A DNA stretch of 64,000 bases from Kiloniellales bacterium. GTDB taxonomy: Bacteria > Pseudomonadota > Alphaproteobacteria > Kiloniellales > JAKSDN01. Each line of letters opens with the position of its first letter. The first letter of the stretch is position 1. Positions 1 to 7,509 of the stretch are shown piece by piece. The notes beneath the pieces are model-generated. The model was not told where the DNA came from, made no database searches, and worked only from the letters and a program-made list of their open reading frames with translations. The stretch is taken from assembly GCA_030064845.1 (NCBI GenBank), contig JASJEC010000002.1, forward strand, positions 62,781-126,780, written 5' to 3'. The translations under genes were made by a program, and so were the position numbers.

Positions 1-1503
1 GTAGCCGTTGGCTTCGCTCACCACGCTCGCGGTGATGTTGGCGCCGCCGACCGCGGCATTGATCGAGGCGACGATGTCCGTCAGGGAGTCGCCAGCGCCG
101 TAAGCGACGTTGGTCGTGGCGCCGCCGATGCTGAACCCCATCGTGCCGGCGACACCGAGCGCGGCCGTGTCGCTGGCAACCCGGTCGGACAGGGCGACGT
201 CGTAGTCGGTGCCGCTGTCCAGCAGGTTGTTGAGCCCCAGGAAGTGCGCCATGCCCCGGGTGGCGGTCCCGGTGGTGACCTGGCCGTCCATCTCGTTGAC
301 CGCGATCGCGTTGCCGCCGGTCGCCGCAATCACCACCTGGCCGTCCGCGTTGATCGAGGCGGTCGCGTTGGTCATGCCGTTGATCGCGGTGACCAGCGCG
401 CCGATGTTGGCGATCCCGCCGAGATTGATGTCGAGGTTTTCGACCACGACGCCCGCGCTGTCGAGCACGGCGACCCGGAAGTTCCCGCTCATCGGCGGGG
501 CGTCGGCCGCGGCCACACTCCGGCTCCCGGTCAGCTGGCTGGGGGGCGGGAAGGCCGTGCCGTCGTTGTGCGCGGCGTTGATCTGGTCGCGCAGGACCTC
601 GGTCAGGCGGTCGAACTCGGCCTGCAGGTCGACCAGGGTGTCGTCGCGGATCGTGATCAGGCCGTAGAGCCGGCCGCCGCTGATCTCGTCGGTGATGTCG
701 ACCCCCGAGCCGCCCAGGTTGATCCCGTCGATCGAGCCTGGATGGGTGTTCTGCGCCGCGACCTGGGCCGCCGCCGCGTGGCTCAGGCTGGTCGCCTGGC
801 TGCCCAGCAGGATGCGCCCGGTGGTGGTGGCGATCACCGTCGTGCCGTTGCCCTGCTCGAAGTACTGGATGTCGATCTCGGCGGCGAGCTCGCCGATCAG
901 CCGGTCGCGCTCGTCGCGGAGGTCGTCGGCCGAACGGTTCAAGGCGTCGGCCTCGGCGATGCGCCCGTTGAGGTCGTCCAGATCCTGAAGCAGGTCGTTG
1001 ATCTTGTTGACCGATTCCGCGATCTCCTGGTCCGCTTGGCGGCGCATCGCCTGAATCTGGTCGTTGAGCGCGTTGAGCTTCTCGGTGAGCCGCTGCGCCG
1101 TCGCGACCGCCTCGCTCTGGTTGACCACGCCGTTCGGCGCGGCGGCGAGAGATTCGAGCGCAGACCCGAGTTCGGCCAGGTCGTGGCTGATCGCCGTGTT
1201 GCTGCCGGGCGTGCCGAACAGCGTCTGGGTGCGTTCCAGGAAGCCGTTCTGCGCCTGGTTTCCGGTCAGGACGGAGATCTGATCGCGGATCTGACGCAGT
1301 AGGCTGGCGTCGACGAAACGCCGGGCCTGGCCCAGATCGACGCCGAAAGTCTGGCCGTCGATGACCTGGGTCAGCTGCTGGGCGCTCTTGCGCGTATAGC
1401 CCTCGGTATTGACGTTGGCGATGTTGTTCGAGGTGACCTGGAGCGCCGACTGCGTCGTCTGCAGGGCGGTGATGGCCGAGTAGAGTGCATTCACCAGCGT
1501 CAT
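1..1503 (-). CDS. flgK: flagellar hook-associated protein FlgK (N-terminal part; C-terminus lies beyond the left edge)
   Basis: The minus-strand ORF runs off the window edge, so it is absent from the ORF track. ATG is at 1503-1501. My translation starts MTLVNALYSAITALQTTQSALQVTSNNIANVNTEGYTRK. This carries the conserved axial-protein N-terminal motif SNNIANVNTxGY typical of FlgK. It follows flgI and two flagellar accessory genes on the same strand. Confidence 0.8.
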   Translation of the reverse strand, partial: MTLVNALYSAITALQTTQSALQVTSNNIANVNTEGYTRKSAQQLTQVIDGQTFGVDLGQARRFVDASLLRQIRDQISVLTGNQAQNGFLERTQTLFGTPGSNTAISHDLAELGSALESLAAAPNGVVNQSEAVATAQRLTEKLNALNDQIQAMRRQADQEIAESVNKINDLLQDLDDLNGRIAEADALNRSADDLRDERDRLIGELAAEIDIQYFEQGNGTTVIATTTGRILLGSQATSLSHAAAAQVAAQNTHPGSIDGINLGGSGVDITDEISGGRLYGLITIRDDTLVDLQAEFDRLTEVLRDQINAAHNDGTAFPPPSQLTGSRSVAAADAPPMSGNFRVAVLDSAGVVVENLDINLGGIANIGALVTAINGMTNATASINADGQVVIAATGGNAIAVNEMDGQVTTGTATRGMAHFLGLNNLLDSGTDYDVALSDRVASDTAALGVAGTMGFSIGGATTNVAYGAGDSLTDIVASINAAVGGANITASVVSEANGY

Positions 1504-1515
1504 GATCGCGATCCG

Positions 1516-1986
1516 TCAGAGCACTTTGTTGACCGAGCAGGCGGGCGTCGCGCCGCGCGGCGCGCTGCTGCGCGGCCGGCCGTCGGCCCGGTAGCGGTTG
1601 TTGCCGAGGCTCTGCTCGGCGACCGCCTGGGCGATGGTCTTGACCAGCCGGCCGTTGGCCTCGAGTCCGGCCCTAAGCGCCCGGGCGTTGGCCTCGGTCG
1701 CCGAGGCTAGTCGGCCGGCGGCGCTGCGCAGCCCCTCGCGCGCGGCGGGCTCCAGCCCGTCGAGCAGCTTCGGGGCGGCCCGCAGCCGCTCGGCCAGCGT
1801 GAGATAGCCCTCTGTGGCGGCGCGCTTCTCGTCCAGCATGGCCTCGATCGCTTCGCTTTTCAGCGCCTTGAGCAGCGGAACCTCCTGCTCGAGAACCCGG
1901 GTGATCCGGTCGACCGCCTGGCGCAGGTCCTGGGCGAAGGCCTCGCCGGCCGGCGGTTCGGCGGTCGTGGCTGGGTGTTCGTTCAT
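1516..1986 (-). CDS. putative FlgN-family flagellar export chaperone
   Basis: 156-aa helical protein (RITRVLEQEVPLLKALKSEAIEAMLDEKRAATEGYLTLAERL). Its start overlaps the upstream rod-binding gene by 4 nt, and it ends 12 nt before the flgK start. The assignment rests on position and FlgN-like heptad pattern only. Confidence 0.5.
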   Translation of the reverse strand: MNEHPATTAEPPAGEAFAQDLRQAVDRITRVLEQEVPLLKALKSEAIEAMLDEKRAATEGYLTLAERLRAAPKLLDGLEPAAREGLRSAAGRLASATEANARALRAGLEANGRLVKTIAQAVAEQSLGNNRYRADGRPRSSAPRGATPACSVNKVL

Positions 1987-2318
1987 TGCTGGATCTCCTG
2001 CAGCTTAAGCAGTTCGCGCTCAACGGCGTCGGCGATGCCCACGCCGCCTGATTCGGACAGGGACCGGCCGTACTCTCGCACCATGAGGCTGCGGTAGATC
2101 TTCTCGGCCGAGCCGCCGCCGAACAGGCCCTCGGTCTCGATGCCCTCGAAGATCGGTGCGAGCATCTCGGCCAGGAACAGCGCTTCGTACTCTTCGGCGG
2201 CGCGGCGCAGCGCCTCGCGGTTGTTGCCGGCGCCGGCCGGGCCGGCGGCCGGCCCCGAAGCGCGCAGTGCCTGGCCGGCGCCGGCCTGTAACGTGATGGG
2301 CGGCTGGCCGGCCATCAC
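1983..2318 (-). CDS. flagellar rod-binding protein (FlgJ N-terminal domain / CheL-like, no muramidase domain)
   Basis: 111 aa. EEYEALFLAEMLAPIFEG...AEKIYRSLMVREYGRSLSESGGVGIAD matches the Rod-binding domain pattern. It overlaps flgI by 4 nt. Confidence 0.8.
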   Translation of the reverse strand: MMAGQPPITLQAGAGQALRASGPAAGPAGAGNNREALRRAAEEYEALFLAEMLAPIFEGIETEGLFGGGSAEKIYRSLMVREYGRSLSESGGVGIADAVERELLKLQEIQQ

Positions 2319-3472
2319 ATCACCTCGATCTCGGCCTGCAGGGCGCCGGCCGCCTTGATCGCCTGGAGAATGGTGATCATGTCGCGCGGGCCGATGCCGA
2401 GCGCGTTGAGGCCGTTGACCAGTTCCTGCAGGCTGACGCCTCGGTTGAGCACGGCGAGGCGTCTCTCCTCGTCCTCGGAGACCTGGACGCGAGTGCGGTC
2501 GACGACCACGGTCTCGCCGGTCTCGGCCAGGGGGTTGGGCTGACTGACCTGAGGCGTCTCGGTGATGCGGATCGTCAGGTTGCCCTGGGCGATCGCCACC
2601 GTGCTGATGCGCACGTTCTCGCCCATCACGATCACGCCCGACTGCTCGTCGATCACGACCCGGGCGACCTGGTCCGGCGTGATCCGCAGTTGCTCGATTT
2701 CGGTGACCAGGCCGACGGTGCCGCCCGGGAAGTCGTTCGGGACGTCGACCATGATCGTCGTGTTGTCGAGCTGCCGGGCGATCGGCGTCTTGAGGCGACG
2801 ATTGACCGCCTGGGCCATGCGCCGGGCGGTGGTGAAGTCGGGGTTGCGCAGGGAAACCTTGATGCTCTGCATCTGCGCCAGATCGAAGGCGATCTCCCGC
2901 TCGATCACGGCGCCGTTGGGGATTCGGCCCGCCGTGGCCACGCCCTTGCTGACCGTCTCGGCGGCGCCGCCGGCGTTGAACCCCGAGACGGCCACCGAGC
3001 CTTGCGCCACGGCGTAGACCTCGCCGTCGGCCGCGAGCAGCGGCGTGACGAGCAGCGTGCCCCCCAGCAGGCTCTGGGCGTCGCCCAAGGCAGAGATCGT
3101 CACGTCGATCCGCCGGCCCTGTCGGGCGAAGGGCGGCAGGTCGGCCGTCACCATGACGGCAGCCACGTTGTCGGTTTCTAGGTCGTCGTCGCGGGCCGAG
3201 ACGCCGAGGCGCTCGAGCATGCCGATCAGGCTCTCCCGGGTGAAGACCGCGCTCTCAAGATCGTCGCCCGTGCCGTCCAGGCCGACGACCAGACCGTAGC
3301 CGACCAGGTGGTTGCTGCGCACGCCTTCGAAGTCGGCGATATCCTTGATGCGGACCTGGGCTGCGGCGGGCGAGGCGCCGAGCCACAGCAGGGCGGCCAG
3401 AACGAGCCCTAGCGACGCCCGGCTGGCACCGGCGCCGAACGTCAGCCTGCAGATCTTTGCACTCGTCCTCAC
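2315..3472 (-). CDS. flgI: flagellar P-ring protein FlgI
   Basis: 385 aa with a signal peptide. VRIKDIADFEGVRSNHLVGYGLVVGLDGTGD and the C-terminal LQAIKAAGALQAEIEVM are hallmark FlgI sequences. Confidence 0.95.
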   Translation of the reverse strand: MRTSAKICRLTFGAGASRASLGLVLAALLWLGASPAAAQVRIKDIADFEGVRSNHLVGYGLVVGLDGTGDDLESAVFTRESLIGMLERLGVSARDDDLETDNVAAVMVTADLPPFARQGRRIDVTISALGDAQSLLGGTLLVTPLLAADGEVYAVAQGSVAVSGFNAGGAAETVSKGVATAGRIPNGAVIEREIAFDLAQMQSIKVSLRNPDFTTARRMAQAVNRRLKTPIARQLDNTTIMVDVPNDFPGGTVGLVTEIEQLRITPDQVARVVIDEQSGVIVMGENVRISTVAIAQGNLTIRITETPQVSQPNPLAETGETVVVDRTRVQVSEDEERRLAVLNRGVSLQELVNGLNALGIGPRDMITILQAIKAAGALQAEIEVM

Positions 3473-3522
3473 GGCGTCTTTCCTCGAGCCTGTTCCGAAA
3501 GGGTTCTCCTCGGGGCTCCTGA

Positions 3523-3538
3523 TGCGAACGCCGTGCCA
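3523..3538 (-). promoter_or_regulatory. candidate sigma54 (-24/-12) promoter of the flgI operon
   Basis: The minus strand reads TGGCACGGCGTTCGCA. Against the consensus TGGCAC-N5-TTGCA it has one mismatch, and GG-N10-GC spacing is intact. It lies 51-66 nt upstream of the flgI ATG. Confidence 0.55.
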
Positions 3539-3566
3539 GCTCCGCTTCCTTGTTTAAGGTGAATTA

Positions 3567-3579
3567 TATCAATATGTTG
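3567..3579. promoter_or_regulatory. candidate IHF site between the sigma54 promoter and the upstream dyad
   Basis: TATCAATATGTTG fits WATCAANNNNTTR exactly. It lies in a local AT-rich patch of a GC-rich genome. Confidence 0.4.
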
Positions 3580-3633
3580 ACCGGATGTCCGTAGGGCCGA
3601 GACCGGGGTCGCCCGCTGGCTCGGCAAGAAGCG

Positions 3634-3652
3634 CCCGGCAAGACTTACCCGG
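3634..3652. promoter_or_regulatory. candidate enhancer (bEBP / FlbD-type) dyad upstream of flgI
   Basis: CCCGGCAAGACTTACCCGG is an imperfect dyad about 100 nt upstream of the -24 element. It is 16/19 identical to the dyad at 9195-9213 when read on the opposite strand. Confidence 0.4.
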
Positions 3653-3778
3653 ATCGCGAACTGCTGGCGCAGGTGCGGGACGAATGCCGGTCAGCCGGCA
3701 TCGCCCCGGGGCGAGGGCGCCGGTTTGTTCGGGTCGGGTGTTTCGTTTGGGGGTGGGCCCGGCGGCCCTGGCCGGGGA

Positions 3779-4138
3779 TCAGGCGAGCTGATCCAGCACC
3801 AGGCCCGTGCGCTCCGTATCGATGGGTTCGGCCGCGGCGTCGCTGATCTCGGCGAAGTAGCGCACGATCTGCTCGGGCGGGAAGCGCTGCACCACCTCGC
3901 CCGAGTCCGAATCGACGATCTCGACGAAAACGCGCGACAGCTCCTGGTCGAATGCCAGGCGCGACTGAGAGGATGCCCCCGCAGACGGCCGGCCAGCGGT
4001 GCTCGGCGCAACCTGTTCCGCCGTTGCGGGGCGCGCGGGCGCTTCCCGCACGCGCGAGTCCTCGACTCGTGCGCTCGCCTGCGTCCTCTTGACGCTGGCG
4101 GCGGCTGAACCCGCGAGTGTTGCTTCGGCGACAGTCAT
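3779..4138 (-). CDS. flaG: FlaG-like flagellar protein
   Basis: These are the C-terminal 119 codons of the 3779..4840 ORF, starting at the ATG 4138-4136 with AAGAGG upstream. LAFDQELSRVFVEIVDSDSGEVVQRFPPEQIVRY matches the FlaG core pattern. The upstream 234 codons are Arg/Pro-rich junk. Confidence 0.65.
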   Translation of the reverse strand: MTVAEATLAGSAAASVKRTQASARVEDSRVREAPARPATAEQVAPSTAGRPSAGASSQSRLAFDQELSRVFVEIVDSDSGEVVQRFPPEQIVRYFAEISDAAAEPIDTERTGLVLDQLA

Positions 4139-4274
4139 AACAGCGCAAACCTCTTGTGAGCCCTTCTTGAGCCCACTATCACTGTCACCCGAAAAAACTA
4201 AGAAATACTTACTAAGCGGATAGTCTAATTCGCTTTTGGGCCGGTCCGAGCCCTGCTGCTGCTGCGGCATCCGC

Positions 4275-4290
4275 GCTAACGGCATTTTAA
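4275..4290 (+). promoter_or_regulatory. candidate CtrA box upstream of fliX
   Basis: CTAACGGCATTTTAAC has one mismatch to TTAA-N7-TTAAC. It lies 67-82 nt upstream of the fliX ATG. Confidence 0.3.
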
Positions 4291-4356
4291 CCCTGATCGC
4301 CGCACCGTCGCGGCGGACGCGCGTCGGCGGCCGGGTCGCTATCTGCGGGACACCTG

Positions 4357-4770
4357 ATGAAGATAGGCTCTCTATCCAACGGCCGTATCGAGAAGCCGAG
4401 CCGGAAGTCGGCCGGCAAAACCGGAAAACCGGGCGAGTTCGCCGGGATTCTGGAAACCGGCGAGGCCCAGGGGGCCGCGCCGACCGCCCCGGCGGCCGCA
4501 TCGACGATCGATTCACTCCTCGCCCTCCAGGAGGTTCCAGGCGACCGCCTGTCCCGCGAAGCTGCGGCCCGCCATGGCCAGGCCTTGCTCGAGGCGCTCG
4601 ATCGCCTGCGTTTCGAGCTCTTGGACGGCGCGGTGAGTCAGGAAAACCTGCTGCGGCTGGGCGAAATGGCGGCGGCCCGCAAGGGCGCCACCGAGGACCC
4701 GCGCCTCGACACCGTCCTCGACGAGATCGAGCTGCGCGTCGCGGTCGAGCTCGCGAAGCGCGGCCGCTAA
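4357..4770 (+). CDS. fliX: flagellar assembly regulator FliX
   Basis: 137 aa. IDSLLALQEV...LDGAVSQENLLRL...TEDPRLDTVLDEIELRVAVELAK closely parallels Caulobacter FliX as I recall it. Confidence 0.8.
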   Translation: MKIGSLSNGRIEKPSRKSAGKTGKPGEFAGILETGEAQGAAPTAPAAASTIDSLLALQEVPGDRLSREAAARHGQALLEALDRLRFELLDGAVSQENLLRLGEMAAARKGATEDPRLDTVLDEIELRVAVELAKRGR

Positions 4771-4847
4771 GCACATTCCGCCGGAACCATCGGTTGATCG
4801 CGCCGGATCGCCAGGCCCTTCCTGCCGATCCGCTCTCCATCTAAGTT

Positions 4848-4914
4848 TCAGAGCAGATTCACCGGGTTTGATGGATCGCCTCCGGCGATTCAGTCAAACC
4901 AGGATCTGCTCTAG
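4848..4914. repeat. palindromic intergenic repeat, family C (diverged copy)
   Basis: AGAGCAGAT (4850-4858) pairs with ATCTGCTCT (4904-4912). It shares the GA(A/T)TC(T/C)GCTCTAG core with the copies at 45209 and 48491. Confidence 0.6.
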
Positions 4915-5067
4915 GGGGACCGCGACGGCGTCTCGCCACCCGGCCCGCCGCGGGATTGCCGGGGCGATTTCCCGAGCCTCAGGGGCCCCTCGCGCCGCCC
5001 GCCCGTCCGGGCATTTTCATCGGTCCTGCCACGGCCGGAAAATCGGCCCGTCACGCCTCTCGTAGTG

Positions 5068-5096
5068 CTTGAAAGCAAACATGAAATTCTTATACT
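5068..5096 (+). promoter_or_regulatory. candidate dksA promoter (reads as sigma70-like and as RpoH-like)
   Basis: TTGAAA (5069-5074)-N16-TATACT (5091-5096) fits a sigma70 form. The same bases read CTTG-N17-CTTATAC, an RpoH-like form. It lies 37 nt upstream of the dksA ATG. Confidence 0.45.
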
Positions 5097-5132
5097 CCGC
5101 GCGCGAACTCCAGGCAGGATCGGGGTTGAGAA

Positions 5133-5561
5133 ATGAGCAAGGGCAAGACTCGAAACGGTCTGAACGGCTATCATCCGAGCGATGACGAGCCCTTCATGAA
5201 TACGCGGATGCAAGCCTATTTCCGCCAGAAGCTGACCAACTGGAAGAACGAACTCCTGCACGAATCGAGCGAAACACTGCAGCACCTTCAAGAAGGGGGG
5301 CTGCTGGAAGCCGATCTGGCCGATCGCGCGTCGCTCGAGACGGACCGCTCCCTGGAGCTGCGCACAAGGGACCGCGAACGCAAGCTGATCGCCAAGATCG
5401 ATGCGGCGCTCCAGCGCATCGAAGAAGGCTCCTACGGGTACTGCGAAGAAACGGCGGAACCGATCAGCCTGCGCCGCCTGGAGGCCAGGCCGATCGCCAC
5501 GCTGTCGCTCGAGGCGCAGGAACGCCACGAGCGCAAGGAGCGGACCCACCGCGACGACTGA
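5133..5561 (+). CDS. dksA: RNA polymerase-binding transcription factor DksA (one-cysteine variant)
   Basis: 142 aa. The coiled-coil tip has ADLADRAS (DxxDxA). The C-terminal GYCEETAEPISLRRLEARPIATLSLEAQ aligns to the E. coli Cys4 region but retains only the first Cys. Confidence 0.9.
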   Translation: MSKGKTRNGLNGYHPSDDEPFMNTRMQAYFRQKLTNWKNELLHESSETLQHLQEGGLLEADLADRASLETDRSLELRTRDRERKLIAKIDAALQRIEEGSYGYCEETAEPISLRRLEARPIATLSLEAQERHERKERTHRDD

Positions 5562-5690
5562 TCCTGCGGCCGGGAGTTCTGTTTTCCGCAGACCCGGCCG
5601 CCGTCACGCCGCCCTAGCTAGAGCAGGTCCGGCTCTGACTGATTCGCCGGAAGCGGTCCGCAACCCGGTGAATCCGCTACAGGCGTGGCG

Positions 5691-6473
5691 TCAGAACGGC
5701 CAGAGCACGTCGTAGAGCTGCTGCCCGTAGCGCGGCTGCTGCACGTCGGTAATGTGGCCGCGTCCGCCGTAGGCGATCCGCGCCTCGGCGATCTTCTCGA
5801 ACTCGATGGTATTGGCCGAGGTGATATCCTCCGGACGGATGACCCCGGCGACCTGAAGCTCGCGCATCTCGTAGTTGATCCGCATCTCCTGGCGGCCGGC
5901 GACCACGAGGTTCCCGTTCGGCAGGACCTGCGTGACGAGCGCGGCGACCTTGAGGTTGATCGTCTCGCCCCGGTCGACGGAGCCGTTGCCTTCGGTGCTG
6001 CCGGCGCTGTCCAGGTCGACGAGGCTGAGGGGATTGACGCCGTTCGGCAGGAAGTTCTGCAGGAGCCCCTCGTAGCCGAGCAGGGAGGTCAGAGAAGCGT
6101 CCTCCGAGGCGGCCCGGCCGCGCGTGGTCCGGTTGGAGATCGAGGCGTTGTCCGACACCTCGATGTTGATGGTGACGATGTCGCCGACCACGGCGGCGCG
6201 TTGATCCTGCAGGAAATGCTGCGAACCGGTGCGCCACAGCGAGTTGGCCTGGCGCGGCGCGGGCTGCGGCGCCGGCATGGGCAGGCGCACCTGACGATCG
6301 TTGGCGATTGGCGCCGGGTTCTCGATTTCGCTGAGTGAGGGTTCCTGGCCGATGGCGATAAGCCGCTCGAACACCGTGCAGGCCTGCAGCGAGGCGCCCG
6401 CGGCGGCGATTACAACGAGCCGCAGCAGGCTGCGGGAAAGGCTGCGCCGTCTGGGAAGTTCTATCCGCGTCAT
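5691..6473 (-). CDS. flgH: flagellar L-ring lipoprotein FlgH
   Basis: 260 aa with lipobox SLQAC. NSLWRTGSQHFLQDQRAAVVGDIVTINI and NLVVAGRQEMRINYEMRELQVAGVIRPEDI are typical FlgH sequences. Confidence 0.95.
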   Translation of the reverse strand: MTRIELPRRRSLSRSLLRLVVIAAAGASLQACTVFERLIAIGQEPSLSEIENPAPIANDRQVRLPMPAPQPAPRQANSLWRTGSQHFLQDQRAAVVGDIVTINIEVSDNASISNRTTRGRAASEDASLTSLLGYEGLLQNFLPNGVNPLSLVDLDSAGSTEGNGSVDRGETINLKVAALVTQVLPNGNLVVAGRQEMRINYEMRELQVAGVIRPEDITSANTIEFEKIAEARIAYGGRGHITDVQQPRYGQQLYDVLWPF

Positions 6474-6494
6474 TGGTTTGTCTCCCTTCTGGTC

Positions 6495-7490
6495 CTATTG
6501 CGTCGGCGCGCCGGCGGGGTGCGGCACCGCCACGGCGCCGGAGGCGAGCACCGTCCCGTTGACGATGGTCCGCGACTGGGTGTTCATGACGCGGATCACG
6601 TCGCCCCTGGTGCCGGGCTCGAGGGCCCGGCCCTGCGCCGTCAGCACCATGCGTTCGGTCGCCAGCCGGAGCGTCACCAGCGCGTTCTTGGGCACCAGCA
6701 CGGGCTCGCGCAGCTGGCCCGACCGCACCGCCTCGCCGGCTTTGAGCGCGCGCCGGGGGCTCTTGCCGAGCACCGCAGCGGCGTCGACGAGCACGTCCGC
6801 GGCGAGTCGGTCGGCGGCGATCCGCCGCCAGTCCAGATCGTCGGTGCCGATGATCTCTCCCCGCATGATCCGGCGGCGCGGCACCGGAACTTCGACCATC
6901 ACAACGGCGCGGCCGGTCACCGTGGCCTCGACCGCCGGGGCGCCGTCCGCCGGCGAAACGGCCTTGGCGCGAAACCGGCCGTTGGCCGGGTTGTACGAGA
7001 GCGCCGAGATGCCGAGGGAGGCCTCGCTGCCGAGCGGCAGATGCAGCGCGATCGTGGGGTCGTCGAGGGCGACGGCGATCTCCTGGCCGGGGGTCATGCG
7101 GCCGAGGGTGGCGTGCAGGGCAGTCTGGATCTGCGGCGCCTCGATCGCGATGCTGCGCCGGCTCACCACCACCCGATCGAAGCGCGTTGCGGGGCGCCAG
7201 GCGATGCCGTGCTCCTGGGCCACCGCGGCCAGCCACCGCGCGCCGAATTCGATCCTGCGGCCGGGCTCCGGCGCGCGGGCGATCGCATGGTCGGCCTCCG
7301 GTGGCAGGGGCTCGAACAGATCGCCCAACCGCAGCAGGGACCCGTCGATCTCGACCTCGGGCTTCAGCATGACACGGCCGGCGGGCGTCTCGGCGGCGTC
7401 GGCCGCGGACACGCCTGCGAGCAGGGCCAGGGCCAGCAGGCCGGCGATCGGCCGCTTGCCGCTGGGCGCTTGGTTCGATCTTCTCACCAC
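6495..7490 (-). CDS. flgA: flagellar P-ring assembly chaperone FlgA
   Basis: 331 aa with a signal peptide. The C-terminal SAF-like segment reads LVPKNALVTLRLATERMVLTAQGRALEPGTRGDVIRVMNTQSRTIVNGTV. It sits between flgG and flgH. Confidence 0.8.
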   Translation of the reverse strand: MVRRSNQAPSGKRPIAGLLALALLAGVSAADAAETPAGRVMLKPEVEIDGSLLRLGDLFEPLPPEADHAIARAPEPGRRIEFGARWLAAVAQEHGIAWRPATRFDRVVVSRRSIAIEAPQIQTALHATLGRMTPGQEIAVALDDPTIALHLPLGSEASLGISALSYNPANGRFRAKAVSPADGAPAVEATVTGRAVVMVEVPVPRRRIMRGEIIGTDDLDWRRIAADRLAADVLVDAAAVLGKSPRRALKAGEAVRSGQLREPVLVPKNALVTLRLATERMVLTAQGRALEPGTRGDVIRVMNTQSRTIVNGTVLASGAVAVPHPAGAPTQ

Positions 7491-7509
7491 TCGTCCTTTC
7501 CCTCAGGCG

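Noticed and set aside
3779-4840. 353-aa ORF upstream-extended version of the FlaG-like gene
   Set aside because: The N-terminal 234 residues are Arg/Pro/Gly junk that overlaps fliX on the other strand. The conserved FlaG-like part starts at the internal ATG 4138, which has a proper RBS.
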